DNA of 64,000 nucleotides, taken from Octopus sinensis. Its lineage: Eukaryota. The stretch lies in the NCBI RefSeq assembly GCF_006345805.1, contig NC_043006.1:47678001-47742000 (forward strand), in the 5' to 3' direction. Numbering within the stretch: position 1 is the stretch's first letter; every line of letters starts with the position of its first letter. The position numbers were made by a program, and so were the translations under genes. Below, one piece after another: positions 1-14,704 of the stretch. The notes under the pieces are model-generated. The model had not been told where the DNA came from and did not search any database. It saw nothing but the letters and a program-made list of their open reading frames with translations.

Positions 1-949
1 TATATTTTGCCACTGATTTATTGAGCGCCATCTTGTCTTCTAAATTTTCACGGAATTCTTTGAAGATAAAGTAAATTAAAAATGAAAAGAACCTTCAAAT
101 ATATGACAACCAGCATTTAGGATTCAATTTGTTTTACTGAAATTATTTAGCCCTTTCCCCAAAACTTGTGCTAAAATAGTATATTCCATCTTAATTTTTT
201 TCGAGAAATGCTAGCTTTTCGCTTGCATTCGGGTTTCTCGTTTGAATATTGAGATATGCCTTTGTCTTTCTAAACTACGCGTGTATCCGACTTTAGTTGT
301 CGTTACAGCTTCAAACCGCACTGTCAGTCAATTTACCCCGAAGTCGTTCAGTGGAAATAGTGTTTCAAATTCCTCAATTCTGTAAAAATCTAGAAAAGAA
401 AATTTAATGCTGCTACTATGTGCAGTAAAAGTTGTCTTTTCACATACATCGACACATTAATATAAAATTGCGTCGAAAACTGCATTAAGTTTTCGATTAA
501 GGTTACGATAAAGTTTTCCTTTATTGGTAGTCCCCAATCTTCACCCTTAAATACGAAATCTCTTGACCACTATACGCCAAATTTCTTTCATTTACAAACA
601 GTTAAAAAGAAAAACATCCACTTCTATTTTCACTACTTCAAAATGGTACTCTATATTTTTCTCATCTTGTCCTCAAGTTTGTGATACAAAAGATTTTCAT
701 TCGTCGGAATTGTTTACTAACACCACCCTTCTACCTTGCATGCTGACTACATGATTCACAATAAGTCTATTCATCCAGCAGAAAGAACATCGGCTGTGAG
801 TGATATTTTGAATTTAGTAGAGCTTTCAAAGAAAACATTATACATAGAATGTGCTCATTAAGTAAATTAACATGGAATTCATTGCCGTTTGGCCATTTTC
901 AATCATTTTTCGAACTATTTGTTTTAGTAATATAAATTTTGTTTTCACA

Positions 950-1372
950 GGTGCAGGAGTGGTTGTGTGGTAAGTACCTTGCTTCCCAACCACACGGTTC
1001 CGGGTTCAGTCCCACTGCGTGTCACCTTAGGCAAGTGTTTTCTACTATATCCTCGGGCCGACCAAAGCCTTGTGAGTGGGTTTGGTAGACGGAAACTGAA
1101 AGAAGCCCGTCGTATATATATATATGTTTGTGTGTGTGTGTGTGTGTATGTATGTGTGTATATATGTTTGTGTGTCTGTGTTTGTCCCCCACACCAACGC
1201 TTGACAACCGATGCTGGTGTGTTTACGTTCCCGTCACTAAGCGGTTCGGCAAAAGAAACCGATAGAATTAGTACTAGGCTTACAAAAAATAAGTCCTGGG
1301 GTCGATTTGCTCGACCAAAGACGGTGCTCTAGCATGGCCACAGTCAAATGACTGGAAAAAATAAAATAAAAA
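950..1372 (+). mobile_element. tRNA-derived SINE, family A (octopus-type), full length
   Basis: tRNA-like head (gtggttgtgtggtaag...gggttcagtccc), internal (TA)/(TG) tract and tail ggtgctctagcatggccacagtcaaatgactg. More than ten homologous copies occur in the window. Confidence 0.9.
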
Positions 1373-1423
1373 GACCAACTAGATTACGTTTGTAAATGAT
1401 CGGTTTATTTATTATTATTTCGT

Positions 1424-1563
1424 GGAGCATGGCTCAGTGGTTATAGTGACGCCCTTTCGGGGTCGATAAATTAAGTACCAGTTGCGTACTGGGGTCGATC
1501 TAATCGACTGGACCCCACCTCCACCAAAATTTTTAGGTCTTGTGCCTAGAGTAGAACAGAATA
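1424..1563 (+). mobile_element. SINE family B, internally deleted copy
   Basis: Contains cctttcggggtcgataaattaagtaccagttgcgtactggggtcgatctaatcgac and the tail gtgcctagagtagaa shared with other family B copies. Confidence 0.75.
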
Positions 1564-1814
1564 TTTCTTCAATTTGCTACATAGCATTTTCTATAGTCTG
1601 CAATATTAGAAATGAAGGAAATTCGGATTAGCTTAAAACAATGCTTGAATACAGACTTGGCTTAGTACATAATTCTCTTAAAATTAAGTAGAATGGCTGC
1701 GATAATATTATTTATTCTAAGTTATGAACTGGTAGACACTCAAATTCAATTGATTTTGAAAACTGCATTGATGATTATTGTGATAATGACTGTCGTTGAA
1801 TGCGATAAGGAAGG

Positions 1815-1836
1815 TGACGATGACACTGATGATAGC

Positions 1837-1875
<39 letters not shown>

Positions 1876-2097
1876 GGTGATGATGATGATGATGATGACG
1901 ATGATGATGACGACAACGACGACGATGATCATGTTGATGATGACGACGACGACAATGTTGATGATAATGATGATTATGACGATGATGATGACAACGACGC
2001 GGACAACGACGACGATGATGATGACCATAATGATGAACATGTTGATGATCATGATGATGACAACGACGAGGATGACGACGACGACGGCGACGACGAC

Positions 2098-2141
<44 letters not shown>

Positions 2142-2247
2142 CAATTACGAGGAGGTCGACGACGACGATGATGATGATGATGATGGTGACATCGACGAGG
2201 ACGATGACGATGACAACGACGTCGATGATGATGATGGTTATGATGAC

Positions 2248-2279
<32 letters not shown>

Positions 2280-2400
2280 CGATGATGATGATGATGATGG
2301 TTATGATGAAGATAACGACGACGACGATGATGATGATGGTTATGATGACGATGATGATCATGATGATCATGACAACGACGACGACGACGACGATGATGGC
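1815..2400. repeat. (GAT/GAC)n imperfect trinucleotide array
   Basis: Direct sequence. It produces poly-D, poly-M, poly-H and poly-I pseudo-ORFs in several frames. Confidence 0.95.
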
Positions 2401-2804
2401 CACTATAATGGCTGCGATTCGACATCAGAATTCTTTTGGAATGGAAGTAGTTTGAAAATATTATTTGTCGATGAAGGCCAAAGATGAGACTTGTTGGGAT
2501 AATGATGACGGGGGAAGCAGAGGAGGAGGAGGCGTTGGTAGAAGATGAAGAGATAACAGCTGTGCGTGATGATGATGATGATGTCATTGTTGTTTTTTGC
2601 TGACAGTGATGATGCTGATCGTGATGATGACGTAAATTAATGAAGACGACGTTTGTGCTTACCAGTCGTTTAATGGCATCTGTGCCCAGTTGAGTCTGTT
2701 AAAAATGATTGATGCGTTTTAGTTCGTTGTTGTTGTTGCTCCTGATTCATTTGCTAATGCTGTTAGTAGCATGTGGTAGGCTCTAAGTGTGTGTGTGTTT
2801 ATGT

Positions 2805-2849
<45 letters not shown>

Positions 2850-2978
2850 AGTGTGTGTATATATGTGTATGTGTGCTGTGAGAAGGTGTTTTAACGTTTG
2901 GGAGCTAATATTAGATTGGTAGACATCCTACACAGTACACTTTTCGCAATGAAGTCGTTATTTATTTATTTATCTATT

Positions 2979-3055
<77 letters not shown>

Positions 3056-3174
3056 CATTATTATTATTATTTTTCTTCTTCTTCTTCGTATTATTATTAT
3101 TATTATTATTATTATTGTTGTTATTGTTACTACTACTACTACTACTACTACTATCATTATTATTTACTTTTAAT

Positions 3175-3462
3175 CTGCATGTTTGTTACAGTTACTTGCC
3201 TAGACACACCCAGTGTCCTTCCTGGGGCGAGTTAAGGATAAGAGATGTAACAATATGACTGAAAGCTTGGGGAGGAGAAATAACGAAATATCTTCATGTA
3301 ATACAGCACAGACATTTAAATGGATGGCGTTTTTGTAAGGATTCGGGCGGTACTCGTCAGTACAATTCTTTGGATTTCTCTAAGACATGGTGCTCCTAAC
3401 ATCCCTTTTTTAAATCATACCTAGGTCACCTAAAATAACAGGAACAGTTCTCGCTTTAAGAT
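3175..3462 (-). mobile_element. 3' end of an R4/Dong-like (RLE) non-LTR retrotransposon, followed on the minus strand by an (AAT)n tail at ~2970-3170
   Basis: Minus-strand translation across frameshifts gives ARTVPVILGDLGMI...GAPCLREIQRIVLTSTARIL, the typical RLE C-terminus. Confidence 0.7.
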
Positions 3463-3643
3463 GCCACATCTTTCGTATTTCAGTTTCCAAGTCTTTTATA
3501 TTTACGTAATTTGTCACATTTATTGACAGATATATATATTTATCAGTGGGAACACTTACAGTTATTAGTCAGCAAGTAATTTCTTCTCTGTCTTTAATAA
3601 TTATGTCTGTTCGATTGTCCTGGATCGTTCTGTCATTGTTGAC

Positions 3644-3702
<59 letters not shown>

Positions 3703-3998
3703 GTTATTATTATTATTGTTGTTGTTGTTGTTATTGTTGTTGTTGTTGTTGTTAGTACGGTTGTTATATAAGGCGGTGAATTGACAGAATTGTTAGTATG
3801 CCGGACAAAATGCCAAGCTGTATTTCGTCCCTCTTTACAAATTAAAAATTCCGCCGAAGTCGTCTTTCATTTCCATCTCCTTGTCGATTGGATATGTATC
3901 ATTCACGCAGCGGGGATTCGAAGTAAATGACAAGTTCCCTTCCCCATACCATCAGGCTTTCTGACTATACAAGAAAGAATTATTATCGTTGCAATATA

Positions 3999-4550
3999 TT
4001 GGGTTGTCCGGAAAGTTCGTGCCGATTTATAGCAGCTTAACTTTCGACTTATTTTAGAACATGGTTGAGTCCATAAAATAGGATTTAACTACACCTCCAT
4101 TTAGAGCACAGTTTAAGCTATCTTTTCGTGGAAGAAGGCTTATGTTCCTATAACCTGTGTTAATTCTGTAACCCTTTAAAATGGAAGATAAATAAGTTCA
4201 TTTTCGGTACTTGATGCTTTGGGACCCAGACAAAAATTGCTGCATCTCGGCTGGGATGTGTTATTCACCAGATATTGCTCCTTCGGATTTTCACTTATTC
4301 AGGTCTCTGCAGAATAGTCTTAATGGTAAAAATTGCAATTCCTTGGATGACGTAAAAAGATACCTTGATGAATTCTTTGCCATGAAACCACCTCAATTCT
4401 AAGAAAAGGATATTTTCAAGTTAAAGGAAAGATGGAGACGCATTGTGCAACAAAATGGTTAATATTTGGTTGATTAAAAATGTAATGGCAAGTATTTATT
4501 AGCCTTTTTCTTTCCTTTAAAAATCGGCACGAACTTTCTGGACAACCCAA
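3999..4550 (+). mobile_element. Non-autonomous mariner element (internal deletion derivative, mellifera-like)
   Basis: TIRs ttgggttgtccggaaagttcgtgccgattt / aaatcggcacgaactttctggacaacccaa, TA target duplications at 3997-3998 and 4551-4552, and transposase remnant YSPDIAPSDFHLFRSLQNSLNGK. Confidence 0.92.
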
Positions 4551-5152
4551 TATTAAGAAGGCGAGCAGGTGGAAATGTGTGCGCGTCAAAGAAATTGCTC
4601 ATCGGCTTTTTTTCTTTTTCAGACGATTTACATCGGTGTTCAACTTCCACTTTCATTCTTCTAGACTGGTACCGCACACGATTTGAGTAACGAACTCTCC
4701 GTAATATTACTGGCCTGGTGCCAAATTTTGTAACACGTCTTGTTGTAATTAGGGCAGTGGACTAGATTGCTTCTCGTGAAAATTATTTGCGGTATTTTCC
4801 TTAGTGCTTTACGTTCTGAGTGCAAATTAAGCCAAAAACAAAATCAATACCAGTGGAACCCTGTGGGTGTAGTAATCAATTAGCCCTACCTCCAACAAAT
4901 TTCAAGATGCCTGTCTATATTTTAAAGATAAATAAGGCAGAGATCTAGCAGAAGAATAAACATGTCGAACAAAATGCTTAGTGGCATTACTAGCTTTTAT
5001 ACCTTCTGAGTTTAAGTTCCGCCGAGTTCAACTTCACATTTCACCCTTGCGATGTCAATGAAATAAATACAAGTTGAGCACTGCAATGGAGTAGATCCCA
5101 CCATCAAAGTTTCAGGCCTCGTGCCTATTGTAGAAAAAATTATTACAATTCT

Positions 5153-5309
5153 GGCGCAGGAGTGGCTGTGTGATAAGTAGCTTGCTTACCAACCACATGG
5201 TTCCGGGTTCAGTCCTGCGTGGCATCTTGGGCAAGTGTCTTCTACTATAGCCAGGGGCCGACCAAAGCCTTGTGAGTGTATTTGTAGACGGAAACTGAAA
5301 TAAGCCCGT

Positions 5310-5371
<62 letters not shown>

Positions 5372-5604
5372 TGTGTGTGTATGTTTGTCTGTCTGTGTTT
5401 ATCCCTCCAACATCGCTTGATAACCGATGCTGATGTGTTTGCGTCCCCGTCACTTAGCGGTTCGGCATGAGAGACGGATAGAATAAGTACTAGGCTTACA
5501 AGGAACAAGTCCTGGGGTTGATTCGCTCGACTAAAAGGCGGTGCTCCAGCATGGCCGCAGTCAAATGACTGAAACGAATTAAAAAGAATAAAAGAATAAA
5601 AGAA
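5153..5604 (+). mobile_element. SINE family A, full length
   Basis: Same head, body and tail as 950-1372, with a (aaaagaat)n end. Confidence 0.9.
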
Positions 5605-6028
5605 TGGTTTATAATGATGATTTCTTTACAATCTATAACGTTTTGCTTCTGATATTATTTTACATAATTTTGTTTTAAAGCTTAAGTTAAATTCTGCCGA
5701 CTGCGCTGCTTCTATTAATGTTTTCCTTGTTATTTAACGTCAATTTAATTACTTCATTTGTTGAATATTGAGGATTATTTCCTCCCAGCCATATTAAGAA
5801 GATTCAGTTTTTGTCGGTAAATTATTGATTGCGTTATCTATTACATTTGCTTTGAATGAATGTATATGAGTAGTCATATGTATGTATGTGTATATGGTTA
5901 TATATATATATATATATATTAATTTGCGTGGGATGTGTATGTTTGAAGGTATATGTATACGTACGTATATAAATACTTTTTACTTGTATACGTAAATATA
6001 TGTGGACTTTTTAATATATATACGTATG

Positions 6029-6086
<58 letters not shown>

Positions 6087-6087
6087 A

Positions 6088-6154
<67 letters not shown>

Positions 6155-6216
6155 ACTATCTATCTATCTATACATACATACATGCACACACACACATACA
6201 TCTGTATATGTCTGTA

Positions 6217-6267
<51 letters not shown>

Positions 6268-6375
6268 GTATATATGTTTGTAGGTATGTATATATATATA
6301 TATATATTATGTGTGTGTGTGTGTGTGTGTAGGTATGTGTATATATGTATGTATGTGTGTATATATATACATATA

Positions 6376-6408
<33 letters not shown>

Positions 6409-9084
6409 GTTTATAAAATACATTTATTTTTATTTACGAATATATATCTACGTATATTTATGTGCCTGTTTGCATAGCTATGTGTGTGTTGAATTTGCGT
6501 GCGTGTGCATATGTGCGTGTGCATGTGTGCGTGTGCATGTGTGCGTGTTCTTATGAGCGTTGCTTTTTTTTATGCACCCTCTTTCTCGCTCAGTTTTCTC
6601 TCTTCCACTCTTCTTACTCTCTTTCTTTCATCGCATGCTTGTGTTTGCTTTGTATCCGAATATCCTCGATATAAATCAAATACAAGTGATTAATTTTATC
6701 ATTAGACATTAACATTGAATTATTCCTTTTTTAAGGAATTATTTATCACAAATATCATGGAGAATGCAAGGCTGTTAGTTTATTGTTAAATAAAATTATG
6801 TATTAATCTAGTTAAAATTTGTTTAGCTGTATTTTCTATTTTATTTTTATTATTTTCTTATTGTAATTCTTATTAAGATTATTGTTGTTGACGAAGTTGA
6901 GATTATTTATGTTGTTTTCAAGGCTTTTATCAGCATTTTCGTTCATTTAATGCTTCCGTTTATTAACGAAACATCCAATAACCAATACCACCTGTGACGA
7001 ACTAAGGTTTTAATTAAAAGAATTATTGAGAAAAATCTATGTATACAGCTTATTGTAATATTAAAATTATTAAGCTCCTGTCATGTCTTTAAGAAGAAAA
7101 TAAACATTAATAATGTATTTCTATATTTTTAACATATTTATATTAAAGAATTGTTGGATTTTCACTTCTTTAAACTTAGGCCACCTTTGCTTCTGTAGAT
7201 TTTTGCCAAGTTCTGGATGTGGTTAATACATGACCACGTTATGTAATATACCCTTTGTTCTTACACGTTGTGTAATATATCCTTTATTCTTGCAAATAAT
7301 AAATAAGTGATACAAGAATGATTAGGCCTCTGCTTACAATAGATGAACTCGTAACTAAGTTCTAGAAATTTGCCTGCTCCAACGTAATCATCGGAATATA
7401 GGTAAATATATGTATTTCACGCTTTATTGCTCTGTATCTCATTGTTATTTTAAAACGGACATCAATTTGTGGTGGGGTTCCTTTTTATTAACAACAAAAC
7501 AAGAAATGGAGAAGCTTAGCCAATATGGAGTCTCGAATCCGACTCGGAATTATTTCTCCCGATTTCTGTGATATTTCACATCTGTTGATGCCATTAGCAC
7601 CGCAACTTCCCATTCCGTTTCAGAGTTTTCATATTTTATATTTCAAAATCGCTCACTCTCTCCTTTTACCTCTCCCCTCGCTCTCCATTTGTATATATAA
7701 ACCAATATGAGTGAATGACGTGTATCTGGATAACAAAAACAAATACAGGAGTATCAAACATCATACAACATAATTTATGCACAACAGATATCTAAATTGG
7801 CATTTTTTAAATTAAGAGGAAAATACATTTTATCTATTCAGCAAATACAGGCCACTGGTCACTGAGTTTCTTCACTTAAGTCATTTTAGTTTAAATTATA
7901 CAAATTACCCAGGCCCAAAATATTTTCGGATCTGTTTTGGATAAGTTATGTGGATACTGGGAATAAGGTAGTAAATTGTCCAGTTTATGATGCGTTTTAA
8001 TACTGAAACACGGGTCTACGAATATCATTTTATTCCAGACAATAAGCACACACACACACACACATACACACACACATATATATATATAATATATAGGGAG
8101 AAAGAGGAAGTTTTAATTGGGTGCTGAAAGCTCGGTTCGACCTCACAGACTGAAGATTTTAATGCGAATAGAATCCTCGATTATGGAAATTTTTACGCTT
8201 AACTTTTAGCGTAGATCCAGGTGACTAAAATAGGCTGGGAAACCTAATAATATAAAATAAGAATTGTGCATATACGTCGTAAAGACCTCTGTAGTGTTAA
8301 ATAATCCGATAATGCGTGCGTATGGTTACATTATAAATAAAAGATATTAAAAGGTATATTAAAATTGGGAATCGTGCAAAGGCGTTCATTATCAGAGTTA
8401 AATTGTATAAACCATAGGATTGGAAATCATACGATCAGAACTTATGTAAAATAGTCTGCATGCGTGGATCATAAAAGTTACTGAATAAAGAGAGTTTTTA
8501 TGGTTGCTTTTTTCCTTGTCTTTTTTTTCTTTTGTCACCCCTCCCCACCCTACGATTACGGTCTTACGTTCACGTTTTTTCGAGATTTCGTTGTGTGGTG
8601 TGTGAAATAATGAAATGAAAGCAGAAAGAATATTACTGTAAGTGCAACATACACACACATACACAAACAGACACACATAGGGACGTGTGTGTGTACTCGT
8701 GTGTGTGTACTCGTGTGTGCATTTCTATGTATTTGACTTCTTTTAAATATGATCACACATTATCAACCACATATACAAGAGTCACACTTGCACACGTACA
8801 AAACTAAGTGTGTTTGGGTATAAAACTGTTGATTGTGTAGAAAGTGAATACTCTAATGGCGACGCTAAAAATAAGTAAATCGATAAAATCTGACGAGATA
8901 GATGGAGCTCTATTATCCCAAACAAACATCAACGGTGACGGATAGTGAATAAATGAAAGGAGAATTAATGAAAGAGGCTGTAGACTGGTTGACCATTTCA
9001 AATATTACATCAGTTACATATCCTTCGCCTGCGTTAGGTTCGGTGGATTACAGCGTGTGAGCAAATACAACTGTTTGTGTAAGC

Positions 9085-9450
9085 AAGCGTGGTTGTGTGG
9101 TAAGAAGCTTGCTTTCCCAATCACACGGTTCCAGTTTCAGTCCCGATGCGTGTCACCTTGGGTAGGTGTCTTCTACTATATCATCGGACGACCAGACCCT
9201 TGTGATTGAATTTGGTAGACGGAAAATGAAAGAAGCTCATCGTATATAGATATGTGTGTGTATGTGTATTTCCTCACTCCATCTGACAACCGGTGCTGGT
9301 GTGTTTAGGTCACCGTGACTTAGCGAAACGGCAAAGGAGACCAACAGTACCAGGCTTTTAAAAAATAAGTACTGCGGTTAATACATTCGACAAAAGATTC
9401 TTCAGGGCGTTGCCCCAGCATGACCGCAGTCTAATGACAGAAAGAAATAA
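9085..9450 (+). mobile_element. SINE family A, diverged subfamily copy
   Basis: Head gtggttgtgtggtaagaagcttgc and tail gttgccccagcatgaccgcagtctaatgac. Confidence 0.8.
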
Positions 9451-9811
9451 ATCCTATGAGTTAAAACGTACGTAGTAACTATTATGGGTGTTGTGTCCAT
9501 TATATTACGCATGTATCTGCTGAACAGAGCAGACTCATGACTCTGGTTCTATCGCCACGTATTTACATGATATTTTAAACACGTTGCCTCTACATTAGCA
9601 TCCTGATATTATTGGAGAAGTTTATGGAGTGACTACTGTCGTGATTAATAAATACATAGATGTCTGTGTTTGAAGGTTCAGCACTTCGCCGATGATCCAA
9701 CATACGATTTAAATGTAGTATCAAGTCAGTTGGAAGTCTGTTGTTAAAGTCATGCTATGAGACGGAGATGATCTTTTAGATCAGGCGTTTGAAATTATCC
9801 TAGCTAACAGA

Positions 9812-9973
9812 GGCGCAGGAGTGGCTGTGTGGTAAGTAGCTTGCCTACCAACCACATGGTTCTAGGTTCATTCCCACTGCGTGGCAACTTGGGCAAGTGT
9901 CTTCTACTATAGCCTCGGGCCGACCAAAGCCTTGTGAGTGGATTTGGTAGACGGAAACTGAAAGAAGCCCGTC

Positions 9974-10014
<41 letters not shown>

Positions 10015-10258
10015 AGAGAGAGTGTGTGTGCGTGTGTGTGTGTTTGTGTCTGTGTTTGTCCCCCCAACATCGCTTAACAACAGATGATGGTTTGTTTACC
10101 TCCCCGTAACATAGCGGTTCGGCAAAAGAGACGGATAGAATAAGTACTAGGCTTACAAAGTATAAGTCTTGGGGTCCATTTGCTCGACTAAAGGCGGTGC
10201 TCCAGCATGGCCGCAGTCAAATGACCGAAACAAGTAAAAGAGTAAAAGAGTAAAAGAG
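9812..10258 (+). mobile_element. SINE family A, full length, near consensus
   Basis: Runs from ggcgcaggagtggctgtgtggtaag to ggcggtgctccagcatggccgcagtcaaatgaccgaaacaag(taaaagag)n. Confidence 0.92.
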
Positions 10259-11525
10259 AGGTTGCGAAGTAGTTGCGAATTGTTATTGAAAATTTTGGTT
10301 CATCAGATAGATCGTGAAATAAAGAGAGAGAACAATTCCAATTATTTCTTATCCATTTCAGGACGGTCGTTCAATCTTATGGTCTTGTACCAGACATTGT
10401 GTCATTGGATTACATTTTAATCTAAAATGGCTTGTCTGGAAAAAAAGAAAAGGAAAAAAAATCTAGGCAAGAAAAGTGACGGATTGTCAACGCTATTATG
10501 CTTATGAATATGTGTGTATACGATCAAGTCTGACTTAAAACTAAATGACAATTCGTACATGTTGTGACTCCGAATAAATTTTAGAGGGAAATTTCAATAA
10601 CTTTTTATTATTAAACTTATTTACTAATGTCGACCCCACGTTGTTGAAAGTTAATGTCAACACTGACAGGGTTTGAACAGCGAACGTAAAGGAACGTACT
10701 TCGCAATCGATCTGCCTGTCACTGTTTACTTGCGCGTCGATCTGTCAAGTACATTTTATGTTTCCGAGCTTTCTTTACGCTTCGTCCCAAATTGATGTTT
10801 TCGGTGCTGACCTATCAAGAACTTTGGTACCAGATGGAAAATGGAATCTCTCTTTCTATCTCTCCCTCCTTCCCTCGCTTTTCACTCCTTCTCTCCATTC
10901 TCCCCCCTCTCTCTCTCTCTCTCTCCATCTCCGTCTCATTCGCTCTCGGTCGCTCGTTCTCTCTCATTTTCGCTCCTTTACCATTTCTCTTTTTTCCGAG
11001 ACTGAACACGAATTAACTGCTTGTGATTTGTTTCACCCCGACCCATCCCAACCTAACCGTTTTCCACATCCCAAACCTTCACCACTAACACACACACACA
11101 CACACCGTTGCTGTGACTTCCCAGCCTCTCGATGCTCTTGCTAACGTAGTTACTGATTCACAACCAGACACATACCCATAACCACTCTCACACACGCGCA
11201 CATTTATACATACATATACACACACATAGAGACTCACGGGGCATGTAAGTACACTCCCTGGCATACAACAATGAATGTGCATTCCCTCGTGTACAAGAAC
11301 ACAAATGTGCCGAAATACACAGGAAAACCATAGTAGAACCATACTGACAGCTACGTGCATACACAGGACTATCCCTAGGCCTTTATGCAACCGACCTATT
11401 TAATATAATGCACACATAAACACATAGATAACACATGCGTTCTCGTATATATATATATATATATTTGCATACTGAATACTTGGTGAAATTGATTAATAAT
11501 TAATTAATTTTACCCTCAATTGTTG

Positions 11526-11568
<43 letters not shown>

Positions 11569-11649
11569 GCGAATACACCTACACCCATATACAGAGACTA
11601 CATCATCTGCGTAGCTACACACACACAAATATAGGTAAATACTTACTTA

Positions 11650-12110
11650 TATACATACATACATGCATGCATACATACAAACATTCACACATACATACAT
11701 ACATACATTCATACATTCATACACACATACATATATAAATTCATACATACATATATTCATACATTCATACATGCATACATATATACACATATGCATACAT
11801 ACATACATTCATACATGCATACATATATACATACATACATACATATATACATATATACATTCATACATACATATATGCATACATACATACATTCATACAT
11901 ATATACATACATACATACATTCCTACATGCATATATACATACATACACACACATATGCATACATACATACATACATTCCTACATGCATACATACATACAT
12001 ACATACACACACACACATACATACATACATACATTCCTACATGCATACATACATACATACATACATACATACATACATACATACATACATTCATACATAC
12101 ACACACACTG
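11650..12110. repeat. (CATA)n compound microsatellite
   Basis: Direct sequence. Confidence 0.95.
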
Positions 12111-13237
12111 TCACACTACCGGGCTGTTCAATATTGATGCCCTTGTATGCGTTTACGAAATATCGAAGGGAGAATTCACAAACATACATACACTCACACA
12201 TACACTTATGCATAAAAATATTCACACATTTTTGCATCCGTATATACACATGCACATGTACAGTTATACATAAAACTATTCATACATATTCTTGCATCCG
12301 TATATACACAAATACACACACACACACACACTCTCTCACACACACACGCACACACTAATAGCTTAACACTTTCGTAGATGAAGCTAATAACTATTTGGAC
12401 CATCGTTCCTGACACAAAATTCACCGCACCTCGCTCTTACGCACAGACAGATATCAAACTCCCCTCTCAGTAACCAATAAATACACTTACATACTCACGT
12501 ACACTTCACTACATCCTCTGCTGCTTTTCCCTGCCTCATGCACGAAGCCAATAGCTGCAAGGTCAGAGGTTACCTATACAAGTTACATTAACGCTTCGTT
12601 ACTCACGACAATTAAGCAGCCCAGAGACAATGCATACTTTGTCCCTCGAGAGACATATAACCACCACGGACTATTCTTTCCGCTTCGTTTTCTTATTTCA
12701 TTCCGTTCCTTTTTATTGTTTTTCTTCTTGTATTCTTTCTTTATTTCTCATCTTCACATTCATGAACTACCATCATCACTAATATAACTATTGCCATCAT
12801 CATCATCATCATCATTATCATCATCATCATCATCGTCAGTTCGACCATCATTAACAACACCACCTTTACCACTCTAGTATGTTTATCTAACCCATTCGTC
12901 ACTTGGTATCCCGAGTCTTACTCTTTCGTTCTCTTAAACTATTATTTTCTCTTTTTTTAAACTAGAAATTATTTAACTTTTGTTTGTACCATTGTCTTTC
13001 CATAGCCCTTCAGTGGGACACATAAATACCCACCCACCCTCACGCAATCAACCCCTTCTCTGTTTCCCTCCACCGTTCTCTCTCCCTTTTCATTCGCTTT
13101 TAATTTCTGTAGATCTCTCGCTATTTTCTCATTTTCCCATATCCTTCAATCTCTCTCTCCCTCATGCACACACATGCAAGCACACACACACACTCTTTCC
13201 CTTGCTCTCTCTCTCTCATTCACTCTTTATCTATCTG

Positions 13238-13325
<88 letters not shown>

Positions 13326-13543
13326 CTATCTGTCTGCCTATCTATTTCTCACTCTCAGCCTATCTGTCGGTCTGTCTACGTCTCTCTTTGAACTAACTAA
13401 CAAACAATTTCCTGCCTATCTATATACTAATTCATCTTTCTATCTCATAATCAGTACACCTATCTATATTTATGTCTATCTATCGATCTAACTATACGCA
13501 AACATACACACAGATATACATATATTACATACATACATATATG

Positions 13544-13586
<43 letters not shown>

Positions 13587-13664
13587 CACACACATATACA
13601 TACATATATATTCATACACACACATATATATATACATACATACATACATGCATACATACATACA

Positions 13665-13697
<33 letters not shown>

Positions 13698-13915
13698 CTG
13701 TGTGTCCTCCTATCCTCATTTTGTGTTATTACGATTATTATTTCTTTATGTTTTTGTTTATTCATTCATTCACTCACAGCCTTTTGTGTATCACTCAACG
13801 TTGCTCAGTTGTTAATTTTCTTTTCTTCTGCCTCTAGTGTATTCTTACACGTCCCACTCAACCATTTCCCCCCTCCTGTCTTTCTATTCCTCTTTCCTTG
13901 CCCGTCACTCTCACC

Positions 13916-13959
<44 letters not shown>

Positions 13960-14704
13960 ATCTCTCTCATTTCCCTCTCTCATTTCTTAGGTTCCTCTCC
14001 ATCTTTTCTGTTCCTCCGCGCTCTATTTTGTCATTTTACTCGCATTTTATTTCCTCCTTCTCTGATTCACATGCTTCTCTATCTCACTCTTTTTACACCC
14101 TATACACACTCGAACTATTTCTTTTTCCCTCCTTCCCTTTCGCTCCCAGAACAACAATATTTCCCTCTCTCTCCCCTTGTATTCCAAAACCACAAACTCC
14201 CTCTATCCAGCTCTCTCTCTCTCTCTTTGCTCCTACTTCCAAATTTTCATAAACTCCTTCAAAAACCATCACCATTTCTTCCCACTCTGCCTTTCACTTT
14301 TTCTATACCAACGATCTTTTCTTTTCTTTATACATCATTTCACCCCTTACATCTTTTGTTGCCCTTTTTCTTGTCGTTGTGGTTGTTGTTGTGTTTGGTT
14401 TTTCTTTACTCCCACCCTTTAATCAAGTCTTTCTCTTCCTACTACATGCTGTTGTCAGAGCATAATTATGAGACGAAATAAGAAAAACAGGTCTGAAGGT
14501 GGGTAGGAGCCTTTCTTTTTTTTTTTTATTATTACGAAAGAATAGAAATATAGAGAGAAAGAATGGCCGTTTCATATTCTCTTCCCGCACAAACAACACA
14601 CATAATAATTCATTCAACCCTTTTTCTTCCATTTCTTCCATTTATTTATTTATCTGACGTTTTTGCAACCTTTCAGCTCATTCATCTCTTCTTTCTATAT
14701 CTAT

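Noticed and set aside
1693-2487. ORF with a hydrophobic N-terminus and poly-Asp, superficially like the molluscan shell protein Aspein
   Set aside because: It is a (GAT/GAC)n microsatellite open in several frames on both strands. The same pattern recurs at 29640 and 37083 and there is no splice or homology support.
8895-8935. CUGACGA followed by a hairpin
   Set aside because: No GAAA or stem III follows.
5900-14500. Numerous YI/HT/CV/LS-rich ORFs here and throughout the window
   Set aside because: Translations of (TA)n, (CA)n, (CATA)n, (TCTA)n and (CT)n repeats.
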